Positions 15,001 through 21,000 of a stretch of DNA of 64,000 bases are shown one piece after another. Source of the stretch: Rubripirellula sp. Lineage in GTDB: Bacteria; Planctomycetota; Planctomycetia; Pirellulales; Pirellulaceae. A program made the position numbers and the translations under genes. The stretch spans positions 8,160,001 through 8,224,000 of the forward strand of contig OZ244207.1 in NCBI GenBank assembly GCA_965216875.1. The letters run 5' to 3'. Within the stretch, counting starts at the first letter, position 1. Each line of letters begins with the position of its first letter. The notes below the pieces were generated by a model. The model was given only the letters and a program-made list of their open reading frames with translations. It did not search any database and was not told the origin of the DNA.

Positions 15001-18000
15001 ATTCCGAACGAGGTACTTGCTCGTCGTCACGCGTAACACTAACAATCTCGGAGGGCACTTCGTCAAGGAAGAACGTCACCCGTTGGCCATCGCCAAAGAT
15101 TGTTTGCTCCGTTTCCGATGGCACGGCGTAGCGAACAAGAATCTCGTCCCCCGCGTTCGGGAAACTTTCAAGTTCCAAACACGCGGGCTCCGGACAATGA
15201 TCCAGATCGGCAGCCTCTACCTCGCCTTCAGAAGCAACCAGAATTCGATAGTCGGACTTATTCTGTTTTGATCCGTTGACGAATACCTCGGCAAAATCGG
15301 AGTCCTCCGTTTCGAAGGTCGCGGGTATGCGAGACAACGTGTACTTTTTCTTCAGCCCATCGGCTGCGAACACGTCGACTTGCTTGGGCGAAGCCGCCAA
15401 ATAGTTGACGTGGATGACGGCTTCATCAGCAGGTGCGTCACCGAAGCTGATTTTGTCACCCTCGGTAATCTTGTACGTGTTCGCGGGAACAGCCCGCCCG
15501 TCCACCGTCACGCTGACGACGCTATCAACAACAGTTGACAGGGTGAAGTCCGTGCCGCCGTTTCCGCGGAACACATCGCGTTCCGCTTGCCCAAGCCGAA
15601 CGGGTCCCTGCAATGACGCGGAAATGCCCAAAATACCAGCGGTAATCTCTAGGTCACTATCGGCGCCAAGTTGCAGTTCTAGCTCGGTTGGAAACCGATC
15701 CGTTGCGAGCACATAGGGCGTGAGGTCCGAGAAATTGAACCCGAACCCAAAACTCAAATCTGCGCCCGCGATCACCGTCACGTCACCCGCTGCGCCTACC
15801 GTGAACGGGCCGAGGTCCGGTGGCGCAAAGTCAAACGGAAGGTCTTCGGAGATGACTTTTTCAAATTGAACACCGACGAGAACAGCCGGTTGGAAACCGG
15901 GGCGTTCGTCATCGGCATCGACGTAGCTGAGCTTCAAGTCAAAAGTCGGATCGTCGTCTTCGAACCCAAGGGCTGCTTTAAACAAGCAACCAAGCTTGTC
16001 ACCAAGGTTTCCGCCCGACGTGATTAAACGGTCAAATGCGGAGTAGACGCTGACCATGCCGGCATAACCGGTCGGCAGTCCCGATTCCACAGCATATTCA
16101 ATCTGAAGGTTACCAGTCTTTTCGGCGTTGAAAGTGACTTTGACCCCTTCGGAGTCTGCTGTGACGTTCACATCGCCCGGCTCAATCGCTTCACCGTTCT
16201 GTTTCAGCTTCAGCACGGCGGAATCCAGCGTCGGGTACTGAGCTTGAATCAAACCGGTTTGTGGATCTGTGAAGCTCACTTTCTGAGTCGCAACGAAACG
16301 ATAATCGGTGAGCTTGAGTGGTTCGCCATCAAGCGTGACGGTGAAGGTGGCGTCGTCATCGGGACGCTGCTCGAGTTTGAGTTCGCTAAGTTTTTTGGCG
16401 TCGCTGGTCGTTTCGGTGTGTGGATTGCCTTCTACTTGATAGATGATTTCCAGCTGTCCGGTTTGCTTGTCAGCAAACTGAAGCGTGTACTCAGGAACAT
16501 ATTCGAAACCACTGGTGAGCTCCGTTCCGTCCACGAAGATTCGAACTTTCGCGGAGTCGGCCGCAACTGCGGAAAGGCTCATTTCTTGGACGTTACGCAA
16601 TCGCTGAGAGTCGGTCTTTATCGGCGTACCGGAGAGAGTCACCTCAAAGGGCTCACTGACATCTTCGATTGTCGCTTCATCGGTGGTTGTCTTTTCGATC
16701 AACGGAGAGATCATGCGCCCGATCGAACCAGAGATTCCAGTGAGGATTTTTTCAGTAGATAGCCGCACCGTTTGAACGCGGTCCGATTCCTTTCGCACGA
16801 TGACATCCAGTCCCGTTTCGCTCGTGCCGCTAAGTGCCTCCATCGCCGGCGCGTCGGAATCGAAAATGATCTCGAATGGGCCGCCGCGATCTCCCGTCAC
16901 CGATTCAACCACTGTCCTCTCTGTCTGATCGCTGGTCGTGAAGGTGCCGAACGCTTCGTCCAAAGCGATACGTACATCGGAGACCGAGGCATTGAACGGG
17001 ATCGATACGGTTTTCGAGGCTGGGATCTCGATGACGAAACTGCGTTCGGGAGATAGAGGTTCGAAAGTGAGCGTTTGAACCTCGGGCGTGCCCGTATCGT
17101 CGTCGTCATTCTCGCTGGGCGGGATTCCCTCGGTTGTGGTTGTGACAGTGACTTGCAGACGATTGGGGCTAGATGTCTTGATGGTTTCCACGTCACCAAG
17201 ATTGGACTGGAATGTGACCGTAAAAGTGATCAATTCATTGGCGTTTTCACGCACCACCGATTTAATCTTCCCTGGTCCAATAGCTGCCTCCAACGCTGCT
17301 TGCACTTCTTCAGCCGTCGCGTCTTGGCTAATCACGTCCGTTTGGCCGGCGAAACCAATCGCAAAACTGTGCTTCATCGTGGTAGACGCAAGCGTGACGA
17401 TTTGCACCTCTGATGTGCCCTTTGTCTTGTCGCCATGCGTTTGAGTCTTCACGGTCACTTCGACACCCTTTGAGCTGAGTCCCGACAGTGGCAACAAGTC
17501 GTCTTTTTGAGGATGAAATGTGATCGTGAATGGGCCGCCGTCGGCACCCGTTACCGACGTGACGACGTTTGCGTCACTGCCGTCGGGAAGCTTGAAAGTA
17601 CCCAGCTTGCTTTGTAGCGCCGTGGTAACCTCCGCAGCGCTAGCCATGATCCCGATCGCTGAACTGGTTAGCTCTCGTGATTCACTGCCACTCTCGTCGG
17701 TGAACTTCAACCGAAAGGTCTGGTTTTCACCGGGCGTCAGATCGACACCGATCACCGATCGCAGCTCGTTCATCGTGCTGCGAAGTGTTGACTTGACATC
17801 CTCGGGCGCCTGCAGCCGATGGATTGCATCCTCCAAAAGGTCAGTCGCACGGCGCAATTCCGGTAGATCCGGCCCGGCTAGTATGTCATCAGCCACCTTC
17901 AGAATGCTGTCTGTGAAATCGAGGATCTCGTTGGGCGTCTTGTTCAAGATCGGCACGTCCGAATTCAGCCCGGTCAAATCACTGTCTTGCAATAGATCAA

Positions 18001-21000
18001 CAAGGTTTCGCAAAACCGTCACCATGTCGGCTAGCGAAAAGTTGCCAAGGTTTTCAGTGAACTCTTTGAAAGAACTGGCGTCGAACTCGACCTTCGATCT
18101 GCTTCCCGTGTCAGACTCGGTCAGGCTGAACGCAATCACGGGCTGGGCCGTGCTGGCTGGCAATACATCCAACAGCGATGACTCGATCGGTAAGGTTCCG
18201 CTACCGCGGAAAGTGAATTCGGGAGTCACTAGCCTGCGTAGCGAACTGCGGTTCAATTCACGCAGTCTTATCTTTCCGTCGTTTTGCGCACCAACGCCGG
18301 GATCAGATAGATTGATGGCCGCGGCTACCTCAAAGTCCAATTCGCCGTCAACAAGGCCGATCTCGAAAATACTGATCGCTGCCGCCAGATCGATATCATC
18401 ACTCTCAACTTTTGATTTCGCCGAAATCGCGCTCGCCCCTGGCGATGCATCGATAAAGAAGCGATCGAGTCGGGTTTCTCCGTGCAATGGTGTGCCGTCG
18501 ATCCGATCAGTGCTGAGCGTGATGACTTGCACCTCCGAAACCACTCCATTGATTCCGGTTCCCCCTTCGGTCTCTGTGACGGTGGTCGCTTTGATACGAC
18601 TGTTACTGAAGTTCGCCGACAGCGGTCGGACGTTGCCTAGACCGCTGGCGAATGTCACCGTGAACGGCCCTCCGACATCGCCGACAACCGATTCAATGTT
18701 GCCGGCACCCACGATCGAGTCGAGTTCGGCCCTCAAATCCATCGCGGTTGCGTTGACGCTCAGGCCTGCTGTGGTTCGCGGGATCTGAGCGACGCCAGGC
18801 TCGTAGGTCAATTTGAACGTACCATCCAATGTCGCGAGGATCCCGAGGGCTGCGGCGACCGGGGAAACATCGATTCCGTCGCCGACCGGCTCGATCTTGA
18901 AGACGCCGCTTGGCGTTGGGTCAGAGGAGTCATGGATTCGAAGTGATTTGTCTTCAACGTTGATGGTCGCTTTCAGGCCATCGATTGCGTCAAACTTGTC
19001 CATGACGTCGCGAACGGTCGTCGATCCGTCGAGGCTAATGCGGTGGTGAGTCCCATCGCGAAGTGTCACCAGCAGATCATCTCGGTCACTCTGCTGCGCA
19101 TCACCAAAACCGAGGACACTGGCATTGGAGATGGAAAGAGAATTCAATCGAAAACGCCGCAACTCATATTCAATCCGCAGGTCCCCGTTGATTCCACCGC
19201 TCTGATGAAACGTAATCTTTACCTGGTTCTGTTCATTGACATCGACTTTGTAGTCCTCCCCGATTCGCAGCTGGGTTTCACCGACCTTAACGTCAATCGA
19301 CTCAAGATCGACATTCGTTTGGTCCAACACATGTTCGTCCAGCCCGCTAGCAGGCTTTGCATCGACAAACTTGTTCGCGTCTCCAAGTGTTTGGCCCGCA
19401 CTCAGTCGCAACCTCTCCGACGCGTATTCGAACCGCAGCTTGCCGGTAACGCCGTCGGTGTCATCAAAAACCACGGCGATCCCATCAACAACGTTGTAGT
19501 CACGCCCCAATTCGAGTCGTTGTCCGTCCAGGAAAACGACCACTGAATCTGGGTCGGCTAACGGTTCCTCGAGCGTGATCCGAACCTCACCTTGCACGTG
19601 TTTGACTTCAACTGCCGTTCGAGAAAACTCGAATGCCGGTGATTCGTTGCCGTCTTCATCCGAGATTCCGGAGGAGAATCCAGCGTCTCTTAGGGGCTGC
19701 AACAACGCTTTGTTCAAATCACGAACAAGATCGTCTAGGTCATGGTTGTCCTCGGTGTCCGCTTTTGAGAGTGCGACCTCAATGTTGCGTTCGTCATTGA
19801 GCGCTAGCGTTAGTGCCAAGTTGTCATTCAGCTTGCCGTCGGATGACGCCGGCATGCTGCCTGTCATACCGATGCGAGTCGAAACGCCGCGACCCGCATT
19901 CAAATCCGCCAGCAACGTGTCGCCGTTGAGCGTGAAGCCTGCGCCAAGTTCGCCGAGTTCGACCCCCAGTTTCAGTTCGATCCCCGCGGCGGCGCTGAAG
20001 GTGGCGTCAGCACCACCGACCACCGACAACGGCTCGTCGTCACCAATATCAAATGCCGTCCCAAAATCGAGCGAGATCTCTTTCGCAAACTCCTTGCCGA
20101 GCTTTAGATTCCAAAACAGCGTCTTCAGGTTGTCGTCATAAGAAACCTTTGCTTCAAAAGGGGAATCCGCGGACAGGACTTTGGCATGCTCGTTGACGAC
20201 ATCGATCAGACCCTGGAGGTTGTGCGCGCGGAACGCTGCCTTCGACTCGATTCCAGCAATGGGAATTCCAAGTGACTCGGCAGAGTTTTTGGTTTCTTGT
20301 CCGTCATCAAAACCGAGGGGCGCCGCCCCCGCAATCGTGACCGAATTGACACCCGGCGCGATCACTGAGAACTCCAACAGAGCCCCATTGGCAACGGCTA
20401 ACAACTGGGCGTCCAAGCTCGCATTCGCTAACGCCTGATTCACGTCATCAACCAGCGCATCGATCGTCAAATTGTCGGCAGTAGCGGATTCGTTTAGCCG
20501 CACCTCGACAGGAGCGTCGTCATTGATTTGAACATTCAACAATAGCGTCTGCGAAAGTTGAGTTGCGGGCGGAGACTGGGCTGTGAGCGTCAGTCCGGTA
20601 ACTGCCAAAGTCAACGCCTCGCCAGGCTGGGTCGTCGCAAGTACAAGATTTGCCGCGTTCGATGGACTGTTTTCAACAACGGCTGCAACCCGCCAATTCG
20701 GCGCCGAAAGTGAGATCCGCTGAGCTTCGCCCTGTTCGCTCGACCCCTCATCCAGCGTGATGATCGTCGCGTCAATGACGGGATTGTCGACCACAATTTG
20801 CAGCGTATCCATGTCGCCAAGACTCTCGTCGAACCTGACGATGAAAGGCCCGCTCGGTTCTCCTTCGACTTCGATCTTATCTTTACCTTCAGCATCTCCA
20901 ACCAACCTTATCAACGCAGATTCCACTGCTTCCTGGACTTGGGACGCGGTCGCGTTGACAGAGATTGCGTCAGTCGTCGCGTTGCTCTCGTTGCGCGTCA

